A stretch of 62,454 nt of DNA. Source: Pseudomonadota bacterium (lineage in GTDB: Archaea; Thermoplasmatota; SW-10-69-26; JACQPN01; JAJPHT01). Of this stretch, positions 19,064-28,200 are shown one piece after another. Position numbers and translations under genes: made by a program. Below the pieces are notes generated by a model, which was not told where the DNA came from, ran no database searches, and worked only from the letters and a program-made list of their open reading frames with translations. The stretch is from contig JAJPHT010000042.1 in NCBI GenBank assembly GCA_021325135.1, positions 1-62,454 of the forward strand, written 5' to 3'. Numbering within the stretch: the stretch's first letter is position 1; each line of letters starts with the position of its first letter.

Positions 19064-19717
19064 TCAGAAGCACTCCGTCCAGTCGTCGGTCCAGACGCAG
19101 GCTCCCTGCAGCAGGTTGGGCAGGCCGGAGTCCGCGTGCTCGTAGGCGCAGACGAGGGCGTGGACCGCCGTGTGCTCCTCGGGCGTCACGTCCGGGTTGT
19201 TGGGGTCGGGCAGGATGACGCTGGACTGCTCCAGCGAGACGGGGACCCAGCAGGCCAGCGGCGTGCGGTCGCGGGCGAGCTGGTAGTCGCGCTCCAGGAC
19301 GAAGCCCACCTTGGGGGGCAGCGTCTTGACGAGGGGGCAGAGCGCGAACTGGACCGTGCCGTCCACCAGGGGGCCGGGGTCCTGGAGCGCGCCCTCGATC
19401 ACCGAGACGAGCGACTGGCTGGAGGAGTCGGTCACGATGAAGCAGGGCGTGGGGTCGCCGATGACCGAGGGCGGGTTGGGCGGCGGCGTCCAGATGATGC
19501 CCGGCAGCTCGTCGACGATCTGGTCCACGCGGCAGAGAGTGGGGTCCAGGGGGTTCGTGCTGGACACGAACTCGCACAGTCCGGGGCGCTGGATGGGCGG
19601 GCTGGGCAGGGGCCCGACGGCCTGGTTGAGCAGGTCGCTCACCGGGTCCGCCGCCACCAGCGGCAGGAGAAGCAGGGTCGCGATCGCCAGGGGGACGGCG
19701 AAGTAGGGGATTCTCAT
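19064..19717 (-). CDS. Secreted Cys-containing protein of unknown function
   Basis: Signal peptide, GGAGG SD, 8 Cys; C-terminal half paralogous to 19775..20241. Confidence 0.65.
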   Translation of the reverse strand: MRIPYFAVPLAIATLLLLPLVAADPVSDLLNQAVGPLPSPPIQRPGLCEFVSSTNPLDPTLCRVDQIVDELPGIIWTPPPNPPSVIGDPTPCFIVTDSSSQSLVSVIEGALQDPGPLVDGTVQFALCPLVKTLPPKVGFVLERDYQLARDRTPLACWVPVSLEQSSVILPDPNNPDVTPEEHTAVHALVCAYEHADSGLPNLLQGACVWTDDWTECF

Positions 19718-19774
19718 CTGAAGCCTCCGGGCTCCTCATGCCCAGGGGCCGAGAAATACGCTTGCCTCGCGGCC

Positions 19775-20241
19775 TCAGAAGCACTCCTTCCACTGGTCGT
19801 CCCACATGCACGCGCCTTGGAGCAGGTTGGGCAGGCCATCGTCGGCGTGTCCGTAGGCGCACACGACGACGAGGACGCCCGCGTGCTCGACCTGGACCGC
19901 GAGGGGGTCCACGGGGTCCGAGCCGGGAATGTCGATGGACTGCGGGAGGTCGGACCAGCACGCAAGGGGCGTGCGGTCGCGCGCGACCGCGTAAGTCTGC
20001 TCCACCGCGGGCGCGGCCGTGGGGTCGAGGACCTCCAGCGCGCAGAAGTACGGGCCGACCTGGCCGTCCACGTAGCCGCCGGGGTCGGCCAGCGCGGCGC
20101 TGGGGCCCGGGCTCGCGGAGTCGATGATGCACTCGAGGGCCTGCTTCAGGGGGATCGGCTACGGGTCGCCCGAGGCGGCGCAGGCGGGGCAAGGAGCGGG
20201 ACGGCGAGCGCCAGGCAAACGGCGACGTGGATGGTTCTCAG
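19775..20241 (-). pseudogene. Degenerate tandem paralog of 19064..19717
   Basis: Shares ARDRTPLACW...VCAY.HAD.GLPNLLQGAC.W.D.W.ECF. The 5' end has the same GGAGGCTTCA leader but CTG in place of ATG, a frameshift in the signal peptide and an in-frame TAG at 20159-20161. Confidence 0.6.
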
Positions 20242-20339
20242 GGTGAAGCCTCCGCGGCGCGGAGCGCGAGCCGCGGAGAAAAACGCTTGCGTCCGCCAAC
20301 AACGAGGGGTTTTTCTGCGCGGCGCGCGCGTCCAGCCGC

Positions 20340-21620
20340 GTGGAGATCGACAAGCGGGACCTCTACTCCGACCTCCTGCGCGCCTTCTCCCTGGCCATGG
20401 TCGTCGTGGGCCACTGGCTGGAGCTGATCACGAGCCACCTCAAGCCGCTCGTGGCCTGGACCTCCTGGCTCACGTGGGTCTTCCAGGTGATCCCGATCTT
20501 CTTCATGGTGGGCGGCTCGCTCAACGCGGCGTCGTGGACGCGCTCCCAGGAGCGGGGCGAGGCGTGGGCCGTGTGGATCCGCCGCCGGGCGCAGCGCCTC
20601 CTCACGCCGCTGGCGCCCCTCGTCCTCCTGTGGCTGCTCCTGATCCCGCTGCTCCTCGTCCTCGGGCTGCCGCGGGACTTCGTCCACGCCGCGGCGCTCA
20701 CGGCCGTCGTGCCGGCGTGGTTCCTGGGCGCCTACCTGGCGGTCGTGGTCTTCACGCCGGTCACGTGGGCGCTGCACCGGCGCTTCGGCGTCTGGGTCGT
20801 CTTCGCCATGGTCGCCCCCATCGCGGTCGCGGACCTCTTCGTGCACCGCGGCTACGCCTATGCGGGCGACATCAACGTGCTCCTCGTGTGGGGCGCCATC
20901 CACCAGATCGGCTACTTCTGGCACGACCGCTACCTGCGAAGCTCCCGGGTGGGCGGCGCCGCCGTCGCGCTCGCGGCCTTGGGCGCGCTCCTCCTGCTGG
21001 TCAACGTCGGCGGCTACCCCATCAGCATGGTGGTCGTCGACGCGGACGCGCCCAACAACGCGGCGCCCCCGTCGCTGGCGCTCCTCATGCTCGGCCTCAC
21101 GCAGATCGGCCTCTGCGTCGCCTTCCGCAAGGCGCTCACGCGCTGGATGCAGAAGCCCAGCGCCCAGCGCGTGGTGGGCGGCGTCGGGCGCCTCACGATG
21201 ACGGTCTTCCTCTGGCACATGACGGCCATCCTCCTCGTGGCGGCGCTGGCGTGGACCTCGGGGAATTGGCCCGAGGCCCCCGACATCAACGGCTCGCGCT
21301 GGGCCGTGAAGCCCCTCTGGCTCCTCCTCATCGGCGTCGTCCTCGCCGGGCTCGTCTTCGTCTTCCGGCGCGTCGAGGACCTCCCCACGCGCGAGGCGCT
21401 CCACCCCTCGCGCCGCCGCGCCTTCCTGGGCATCGCGCTCTCGCTGGTGGGCATCGCCTGGATCGGCCTGCACGGCCTCGACCCCTCGGGCGTTCCCTTG
21501 CGCATCTCGCTGGGCATGGTGGGCGTCCTCTTCGCGGGGATGTTCGCGCTGGACGCGATGCCGCCGCTCCTCCAGCGCAAGGCGCCGGGGGACGACGCGA
21601 TCGCCGCTCCCCGGGACTGA
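20340..21620 (+). CDS. Acyltransferase-3 (OafA-like) integral membrane protein
   Basis: RDLYSDLLRAFS..VVVGHW, TWVFQVIPIFFMVGG, WFLGAY, FLWH; ~11 TM helices. Confidence 0.85.
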   Translation: MEIDKRDLYSDLLRAFSLAMVVVGHWLELITSHLKPLVAWTSWLTWVFQVIPIFFMVGGSLNAASWTRSQERGEAWAVWIRRRAQRLLTPLAPLVLLWLLLIPLLLVLGLPRDFVHAAALTAVVPAWFLGAYLAVVVFTPVTWALHRRFGVWVVFAMVAPIAVADLFVHRGYAYAGDINVLLVWGAIHQIGYFWHDRYLRSSRVGGAAVALAALGALLLLVNVGGYPISMVVVDADAPNNAAPPSLALLMLGLTQIGLCVAFRKALTRWMQKPSAQRVVGGVGRLTMTVFLWHMTAILLVAALAWTSGNWPEAPDINGSRWAVKPLWLLLIGVVLAGLVFVFRRVEDLPTREALHPSRRRAFLGIALSLVGIAWIGLHGLDPSGVPLRISLGMVGVLFAGMFALDAMPPLLQRKAPGDDAIAAPRD

Positions 21621-21634
21621 CGCGGAGGCCAAGC

Positions 21635-22117
21635 CTACGGGCGGCGCGAGAAGTGCAGCGCCACGTCCTCCCACCCTTCGCGGCGGTAGAACCGATGCGC
21701 GTCCTTGCGCCAGTGGCCGCTCTCCAGCGAGACGCGGTGCGCGCCGATCTCCGCGGCGAACGCGACGGCGCGCGTGAGGAGCGCCTTGCCGACGCCGCCG
21801 CTGCGCGCCCGCTCGGCCACGATGAGGTCGGCGATCCACACCTCGGGCGTCGCCTGGTTGAGGCGCTCGCGCACGTCGGCGGAGAGGAAGCCGATGGCGC
21901 GCCCCTCGCGCTCGGCGACGAGGCAAAGCCCCTGCCGGGCGGCGTGGCGCGCGAGGTGCCGCTCGAACACGCGCCTCACGGCGTCGCGCGCCGGGCCCAC
22001 GTCCGGAAGCGCCGGGCGCCCCCCGCCCAGCTCCGCCAGGAGGGCGCCGACGGCGTCGAAGTCCTGCTCCCGCGCGACGCGCACCGAGAACGACGACCCG
22101 GGGAGGCTTCCGTCCAT
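21635..22117 (-). CDS. GNAT-family acetyltransferase
   Basis: LIVAERARSGGVGKALL (motif A), AHRFYRREG. Confidence 0.85.
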   Translation of the reverse strand: MDGSLPGSSFSVRVAREQDFDAVGALLAELGGGRPALPDVGPARDAVRRVFERHLARHAARQGLCLVAEREGRAIGFLSADVRERLNQATPEVWIADLIVAERARSGGVGKALLTRAVAFAAEIGAHRVSLESGHWRKDAHRFYRREGWEDVALHFSRRP

Positions 22118-22192
22118 GCGGCGCGGAGCGCGCGCTGGCGCATCAAGGAATGGAAAAGGAGGGGGCCGCCCTGCGGACGGCCCGGAGACGCC

Positions 22193-23590
22193 TTACTTCT
22201 TCGCCATCTGCTGGCTCATCGCGTCCTTGGGATAGAACTCGTCAATGAGCTTGCGGTCCAGGCGCGTGAGCTGCGCGGGCGGGATGTGGCCCAGGAGCTT
22301 CCACGCGAGGTCGAGCGTGTTCTCGATGGAGCGGTCCTCGTCGCGGCCCTGCCGGACGAACTTGTCCTCGAAGAGGTCGGCGAACTCCAGGAACTTCACG
22401 TCGCGCTCGGAGAGGGCCTCCTTGCCGACGATGGCCACGAGGCCGCGGAGGTCCTTGCCTTCCGCGTAGCCGGCGTAGCACTGGTCGGAGACGCCCTTGT
22501 GGTCCTTGCGGGTCGTGTCCTTGCCGATGCCCGCGTTCATGAGGCGCGAGAGCGAGGGCAGGATGTTGATCGGCGGGTAGATGCCCTTGCGGTGCAGCTC
22601 GCGCGAGACCACGATCTGCCCCTCGGTGATGTAGCCCGTGAGGTCGGGGATGGGGTGGGTGATGTCGTCGCCGGGCATCGTCAGGATGGGCACCTGCGTG
22701 ATGGAGCCCTTGCGGCCCTTGATCTTGCCTGCGCGCTCGTAGATCTGCGCGAGGTCGGTGTACATGTAGCCAGGATATCCGCGCCGGCCGGGCACCTCTT
22801 CGCGGGCGGCGCCGATCTGGCGGAGCGCCTCGCAGTAGTTGGTCATGTCCGTGAGGATGACCAGCACGTGGTAGTCGTGCTCGTAGGCGAGGTACTCGGC
22901 TGCGGTGAGGGCCATGCGGGGGGTGACGATGCGCTCGATGGCGGGGTCGTCGGCGAGGTTGACGAACAGCACGGCCTTGCTGAGCGCGCCGGTGCGCTCG
23001 AAGTCCTTCCTGAACGCCTGGTACTCCTCGTTGGTGATGCCCATGGCGGCGAAGACGACGGCGAACTCCTCGCCCGAGCCGCGCACCTTGGCCTGGCGCG
23101 CGATTTGGAGCGCGATCTCGTTGTGCGGGAGACCCGAGGACGAGAAGATGGGGAGCTTCTGGCCACGCACGAGCGTGTTCATGCCGTCGATGGTGGAGAT
23201 GCCCGTCTGGATGAACTCCTTGGGGCTCTCGCGCGAGTACGGGTTGATGGCGGCGCCAGTGATGTCGATGCGCTTGTCGGGGACGACCGCGGGGCCGCCG
23301 TCGCGGGGCTCGCCGCGGCCGGTGAGGATGCGGCCCAGCATGTCCTTGGACACGCTGATCTTGATGGTCTCGCCGAGGAACTTCACGGAGGCCTCGCGGT
23401 TGATGCCCGAGGTGCCCTCGAAGACCTGGACGGCGACGAGCTCGTCCGACGTGTCGAGCACCTGGCCGCCCTTGATCGTGCCGTCGGAGAGGCGGATCTG
23501 CACGAGCTCGCCGTAGCCCACGGGCTCCGTCTTCTCCACGAAGACGAGCGGACCGGCGACCTCGCTGATGGTCTGGTATTCCTTCGCCAT
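22193..23590 (-). CDS. atpB: A/V-type ATP synthase subunit B
   Basis: [56 protein letters not shown]. Confidence 0.97.
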   Translation of the reverse strand: MAKEYQTISEVAGPLVFVEKTEPVGYGELVQIRLSDGTIKGGQVLDTSDELVAVQVFEGTSGINREASVKFLGETIKISVSKDMLGRILTGRGEPRDGGPAVVPDKRIDITGAAINPYSRESPKEFIQTGISTIDGMNTLVRGQKLPIFSSSGLPHNEIALQIARQAKVRGSGEEFAVVFAAMGITNEEYQAFRKDFERTGALSKAVLFVNLADDPAIERIVTPRMALTAAEYLAYEHDYHVLVILTDMTNYCEALRQIGAAREEVPGRRGYPGYMYTDLAQIYERAGKIKGRKGSITQVPILTMPGDDITHPIPDLTGYITEGQIVVSRELHRKGIYPPINILPSLSRLMNAGIGKDTTRKDHKGVSDQCYAGYAEGKDLRGLVAIVGKEALSERDVKFLEFADLFEDKFVRQGRDEDRSIENTLDLAWKLLGHIPPAQLTRLDRKLIDEFYPKDAMSQQMAKK

Positions 23591-23623
23591 GCAGGGGACT
23601 CCTTGGCGCGGCCATTCCGGCGG

Positions 23624-23633
23624 TAGTATAAGA
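23624..23633 (-). promoter_or_regulatory. Putative TATA box for stand-alone atpB
   Basis: TCTTATACTA on the minus strand ~35 nt upstream of the ATG. Confidence 0.5.
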
Positions 23634-23672
23634 GGATTCGGGCGGAGGGGCGGTGGGCCCGCGGAGGGACTA

Positions 23673-23691
23673 AGTGTGTTGAGTGTGTTGA
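23673..23691 (+). promoter_or_regulatory. Tandem direct repeat (putative VapB operator)
   Basis: AGTGTGTTG twice (23673-23681, 23682-23690) just upstream of vapB. Confidence 0.4.
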
Positions 23692-23702
23692 CATTGGAGC
23701 GC

Positions 23703-23924
23703 ATGGCCGTCCGCACCATCACGATCACGCACGCCGCCTACGAGCGCCTCGCCGCGCAGAAGCGCCCCGGCGAGTCGTTCACGGACGTCGTGCTGCGCCT
23801 CACCCGCGGCGCCACGCTGCGCGACCTGCCTGATATCGTCTCGCCCGCCGAAGCGCGCGCCCTGGCGGAGGCCGTGCTCCAGGCGCGCGACGAGCGCCGC
23901 GACGCGCGGAGGCGACGAGGGTGA
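23703..23924 (+). CDS. vapB: VapB-type antitoxin (DUF217-like)
   Basis: [27 protein letters not shown] is the archaeal antitoxin pattern. Confidence 0.85.
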   Translation: MAVRTITITHAAYERLAAQKRPGESFTDVVLRLTRGATLRDLPDIVSPAEARALAEAVLQARDERRDARRRRG

Positions 23925-23972
23925 ATGCCACATTCCTTATCATGCCCACGCAGGGTGCGGGCGTGGGTCACC

Positions 23973-24395
23973 ATGAACCGGACCGTCCCCCTTCTGGCGC
24001 TTTCCCTGCTGGCCGCGTCGCTCGTCCTCGTCCCCGCCGCGTCGGCGAACCCCTTCCCGGCCACGTACCCGCCCTGCGTGTACGGCGTGCTCCACTCGCC
24101 CTGCTACGGGGGCCACGACGTGTGCAGCGGCTACGCGAGCCTCGAGGTCCCCGTGTGCGTGGACTACCCCGGCTGCCACCACCTCAGCTGCTTCGCCTTC
24201 CAGCAGCCCCACGCGCAGTGCACGGCGGCCGTGGGCGTCATCACCGCGGCGGCGGTCTGCACGGTGAACGGCAAGCAGTACGGCCCCGAGGGGCTCTGCA
24301 CCTACTGCCTGCCCCTCGTGGACGTCGTCTGCACCGTGGGCACGGAGCAGCAGGCCCAGTGCTGGGTCCCCCAGCTCACGGGCGTCCTCTCCTGA
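23973..24395 (+). CDS. Secreted 12-Cys protein, family member A
   Basis: Signal peptide ..VPAASA; 12 Cys aligned with 24884..25285. Confidence 0.75.
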   Translation: MNRTVPLLALSLLAASLVLVPAASANPFPATYPPCVYGVLHSPCYGGHDVCSGYASLEVPVCVDYPGCHHLSCFAFQQPHAQCTAAVGVITAAAVCTVNGKQYGPEGLCTYCLPLVDVVCTVGTEQQAQCWVPQLTGVLS

Positions 24396-24420
24396 GGCCC
24401 ACGCCGCGGCGGTGGGCTGC

Positions 24421-24813
24421 GTGATCCTCGACACGACCTTCCTCCTGGACCTCATGCGCGGCGATCCCGGCGCGCGGGCGCTCCTGGAGCAGGCCGAGTC
24501 GGGCTCCGAGCCCCTCCGCATCCCGGCGCCCGCCCTGGCCAAGCTCTGGGAGGGCGCCGCGCGCAGCCGCCACCCGCCCCGCGAGGCGGACCGCCTGCGC
24601 GACCTTCTTCTCGCCATGCCCCAGGCGCCCTTCACCGGCGAGCACGCGGTGGCCTGCGGACGCATCCTCGCCGCGGCGGAGCGCGCGGGGGTCGCGCTGG
24701 ACCCCTTCGACGCCATGGTGGCGGCGCTTGCCTCGGTGGAGGACGAGACGCTGGTCACGCGCAACGCCCGCGACTTCGAGCGCGTCGACGGCCTGCGCAT
24801 CCGAACCTATTGA
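24421..24813 (+). CDS. vapC: VapC PIN-domain toxin (possibly inactive)
   Basis: ILDTTFL, FDAMVAA, LVTRNARDF. The position of the second catalytic acid reads K (ALAKLW). Confidence 0.85.
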   Translation: MILDTTFLLDLMRGDPGARALLEQAESGSEPLRIPAPALAKLWEGAARSRHPPREADRLRDLLLAMPQAPFTGEHAVACGRILAAAERAGVALDPFDAMVAALASVEDETLVTRNARDFERVDGLRIRTY

Positions 24814-24883
24814 GGTGCAGGCGATCCGCTGCAAGGCAAACGATGAATCTCCCCGGGGGCCTTGCCGCAAGCGGAGGCACACC

Positions 24884-25285
24884 ATGAAGCTCCCCCACTT
24901 CGCCCTGCTCGCCCTCGCCGCCCTGACCCTCACGCCCCTCGCCGGCGCCGCGCCCTCCTTCGGCCCCCTCGTGGGCGGCTGCAACCAGGTGACCGTGCCC
25001 TCCTGCCAAGGCATCGTCTGCGTCGGCCTGAGCTATCAGGTCCCCTTCTGCGTCCCCAACCCGTGCGAGACGCCCTACTTCGAGTGCGCGACGCAGACCC
25101 AGTCCGCGACCTGCACCGAGGTCATCGCGTCGGGCGCCGCGGCCGCCGTCTGCACCGTGGACGGCAAGCAGATCGGCCCCATCGCGACGTGCGAGGCGTG
25201 CTACCCCCTCTTCGCCGTCTGGTGCACCGAGAGCACCACGGGCAAGCTCATCGCGTGCAGCAACAACCTGCCCCCGATCAGCTGA
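24884..25285 (+). CDS. Secreted 12-Cys protein, family member B
   Basis: GGAGG SD, signal peptide, 12 Cys; AAAVCTV.GKQ.GP shared with member A. Confidence 0.75.
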   Translation: MKLPHFALLALAALTLTPLAGAAPSFGPLVGGCNQVTVPSCQGIVCVGLSYQVPFCVPNPCETPYFECATQTQSATCTEVIASGAAAAVCTVDGKQIGPIATCEACYPLFAVWCTESTTGKLIACSNNLPPIS

Positions 25286-25291
25286 GCCCGC

Positions 25292-28200
25292 TCACGCCGA
25301 CGCGCCGGCCAGCGCCTCGTCCATGGCCGCGAGCGCGCGCCGGACCTGCGCCACGCGCTCCAGGAGGCGCTCCGCGTCTCCCTGCGCCGAGCGCAGGAAC
25401 CCGGCCGCCGCGCGGCTGAGCGTCGGGCCGGTGCGAAGCTGCTTCTCCATGTCCGCCAACGCCTGGCGGACCTCCTTCTCCGCGTTCTCCAGCGCGCGCG
25501 CCGCGGCGTCGCGGTGCCCGCGCGCCTCGCGCACGGGGGCCGGGTCGATCGTCGCCCGCAGCGCGGCCTCGGCCATCGCCACGGGCTCCGGGGGCGCAGG
25601 GGCGGGCGCGGACGCGGGCGCCGCCGCAGGCGCGCGGGCCGCGGATTCGATGAGATCAAGGCGCGCCCGCAGCGCGGCGTCGCGGCGCGCGGACTCCTCG
25701 CGCAGCGCCAGCGCGTCCGCCTCGGCGCGGCGCGCGAAGGCGTCCATCCTCTCCTCGATGCGGAGCATGGCGCCCAGGAGGCCCGAGTCGCGGCGGCCCG
25801 CCGACTCCTCGGAGCCCGCGAGGCGCGACTCCAGCGCCATCATCCGCTGGAGGAGCGCCGCCTCGCGCCGCGCGCTCGCCGAGCCCAGCCGCTCCAGCCG
25901 CGCGTCAAGCTGCGCCTGGAGGCTCCCGACGGGGTCGAGGATCTCCCGCGTGGCGTCCACCTTGTGGGCGATGTCCTCGGCGCGCGCGAGGTTGAGCGCG
26001 ATGGCGGCGCCCAGGCGCTCCGCCGCCGCGTTGATCCCGCCGTGGAGGCGCGCGTGCTCGCGCTGCGCCGCGGCCGCGACCTCGTCGAGACGGCGCGCGA
26101 GGGCGTCGCTGCGCGAGGCAGCGTCCGCCCCGAGCGCGCCGGCCGCCGCCTCGACGCGGGCGAGCCCGTGGCGGAGGTCCGCGGCGTCGCGCGCCTGCGC
26201 CAGCGCCCGCGCCCGGGCCTCCTCGCGCTGGTCGAGGACGATCTCCCCGACGCTGAGGACGCTGGAGTGGAGCGCGGTGGCCTGCGCGCCGCGGCGCTCC
26301 TCCATGCGCGCGGTCGCGTCGGCGAGGGCGTGAAGCCCCGCGTGCAGACGGACGACCTCCTCCTCCGCGCTCCCCACGGAGCTGCGCACGGCCCCTTCCA
26401 GCGAGCTTCGCGCCTCCGCGAGGCGTCGCGCGAACTCGTCAAGCCGCGAGCCGATCTCGGCGTCGCGCCCCGCCTGCGCCTCCTGCGCCGCGTCCAGCCG
26501 GCCGAGGAGCGCCGGGCGCAGCGAGGACACGCGCTCCTGGAGCCGCGCCAGCTCGTGGGCGTGCTCCTCCGCGCGCAGCTTCGCCTCGTCGCGAAGGAGG
26601 CCGGCCTCCGCGCGGAGGCCGTCCAAGACCGCCTCGTGCCGCGCCTTCGCCCCCTCGTCGAGGCGGCTCGCGACGTCGTCGAGCCGCGCCCGCAGCGCCC
26701 CCGAGGCGCGCCCGATGTCCGCCGCGAGCGCCTCGTCCCGCTCGCGCGACGCGCCCTCCGCCTGCTCGCGCTGGGCACGCGCCTGCGCGACCGCCTCCGC
26801 CAGCGCGCCCACGCGCGCGTCAAGGCCCGCCGAGGCGCGCAGAAGCGCGTCGCGCGAGCCCGCAACCTCGCCGCGAAGCTCCCCGCCCCACGCGCCGAGG
26901 CGCTCCTGGAGGGCAAGGAACCCGCCGCGCTGCTCCTCGCGGGCCTCGCCCAGCGCGGCGCGAATCTCCTGCCCGTGGGCCTCGGCATTCCTCCGCGCGC
27001 CCGCCTGCTCCTCGTGGACGTCCCGGAGGGCGCCCGAGAGCGCGCCAAATCCCTCGGCCATGCGCGCGTCGAGCCCCTGGGACGCCCGGAGAAGCGCGTC
27101 GCGCGAGGCGGAGACGTCGCGGCGAAGCTCCTCGCGGACCTCGCGAAGGGCCCGCCCGTGGGCTTCGATCTCCCCGCGCGCCTCCTCCTGCCCCTCGTGG
27201 AGGGTCCGAACGGCTCCGGAGAGCGCGTCGAGGCCCGCGCCCACGCGCGCGTCGACGGCCCCGATCCGCTCGCCCAGCGCGCGCGTCGCGTCCAGCGCCT
27301 CTTCGCGGGCGCGCGCCCGCTCGCGGCCCGCCGCGTCGGCCAGGGCGCCCAGGCGCGCGTCCAGCCGCGCCGCGGCGGCGCCCGAGTCCGCGCCAAGCCG
27401 GTCGATGCGCGCCGCCGCCTCCGCGAGCCCGTCGGCCGCGGCGCGGTGGCCCTGCGCCATCTCGGCGCGCAGCGACCCGGCCGATGCCGACACCTCGGCC
27501 TGGAGGCGCGACACCGCGCCAAGCGTCTCCTCGCGGCCGCGCAAGGCGTCCGCGCGGGCCGCCTCCTGTGCGCGATGCGCCTCGTCAAGGGCGGTGGCGA
27601 TCCCGCCCAGCCGCGCGTGGACGTGGCGCGAGGCATCGTCGATCCTCCCGCGAAGGCTCTCCACGTTCGACCGCGCGTCGTCCAGGATGCTATCGTTCAC
27701 GCGCGCCGCCTCGCCCTTCACGGCGTCGGCCAGCGCGCGGTCGCGCTCCTGCGCCGCCGCCACCGCCGCGGCATGCTCGCCGCGCGCCTCGTGGACCTGG
27801 GCCGCGAGGGCGTCGATCCGCCCGGAGAGGGCTCCTGCCGCGTCGTGCAGCCCGGAGCGGACACGCTCCCCCTCGTGGCGAACCGCGTCCGCGAGCCGCT
27901 CGTTGCGGAGGCGCGAGGCATCAGCGGCCTCGGCGCTCTGGGCTTGCGCGCGCCCGACGCGCTCCTCCACGGACCGGAGATCGGCCGCGACCTCGGCGAG
28001 CCGCGCCTCCGCGTCGTGGAGCTGGCCGGCCAGCACGCGCCGCGCCTGAGCGATTTCCTCCCGGGCGGCCGCGCCGGCGGTGGACATCTCTGCGCGCGAG
28101 GCCTCGATAGCCTCGGCAAGGCCCTCTCGCGTCTGCGCGCCTTCGCGCCGCACCGCCTCGGCCAGCGCGTCCGCCCGCGCGGAGGCCTTCGCGTCGATGT

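Noticed and set aside
20159-20161. In-frame TAG as pyrrolysine or readthrough codon
   Set aside because: It co-occurs with a lost start codon and a frameshift, and no pyl genes are in the window. Pseudogenisation is simpler.
23925-24424. Integron cassette with attC site
   Set aside because: No GTTRRRY/RYYYAAC core sites were recognised and there is no integron integrase.
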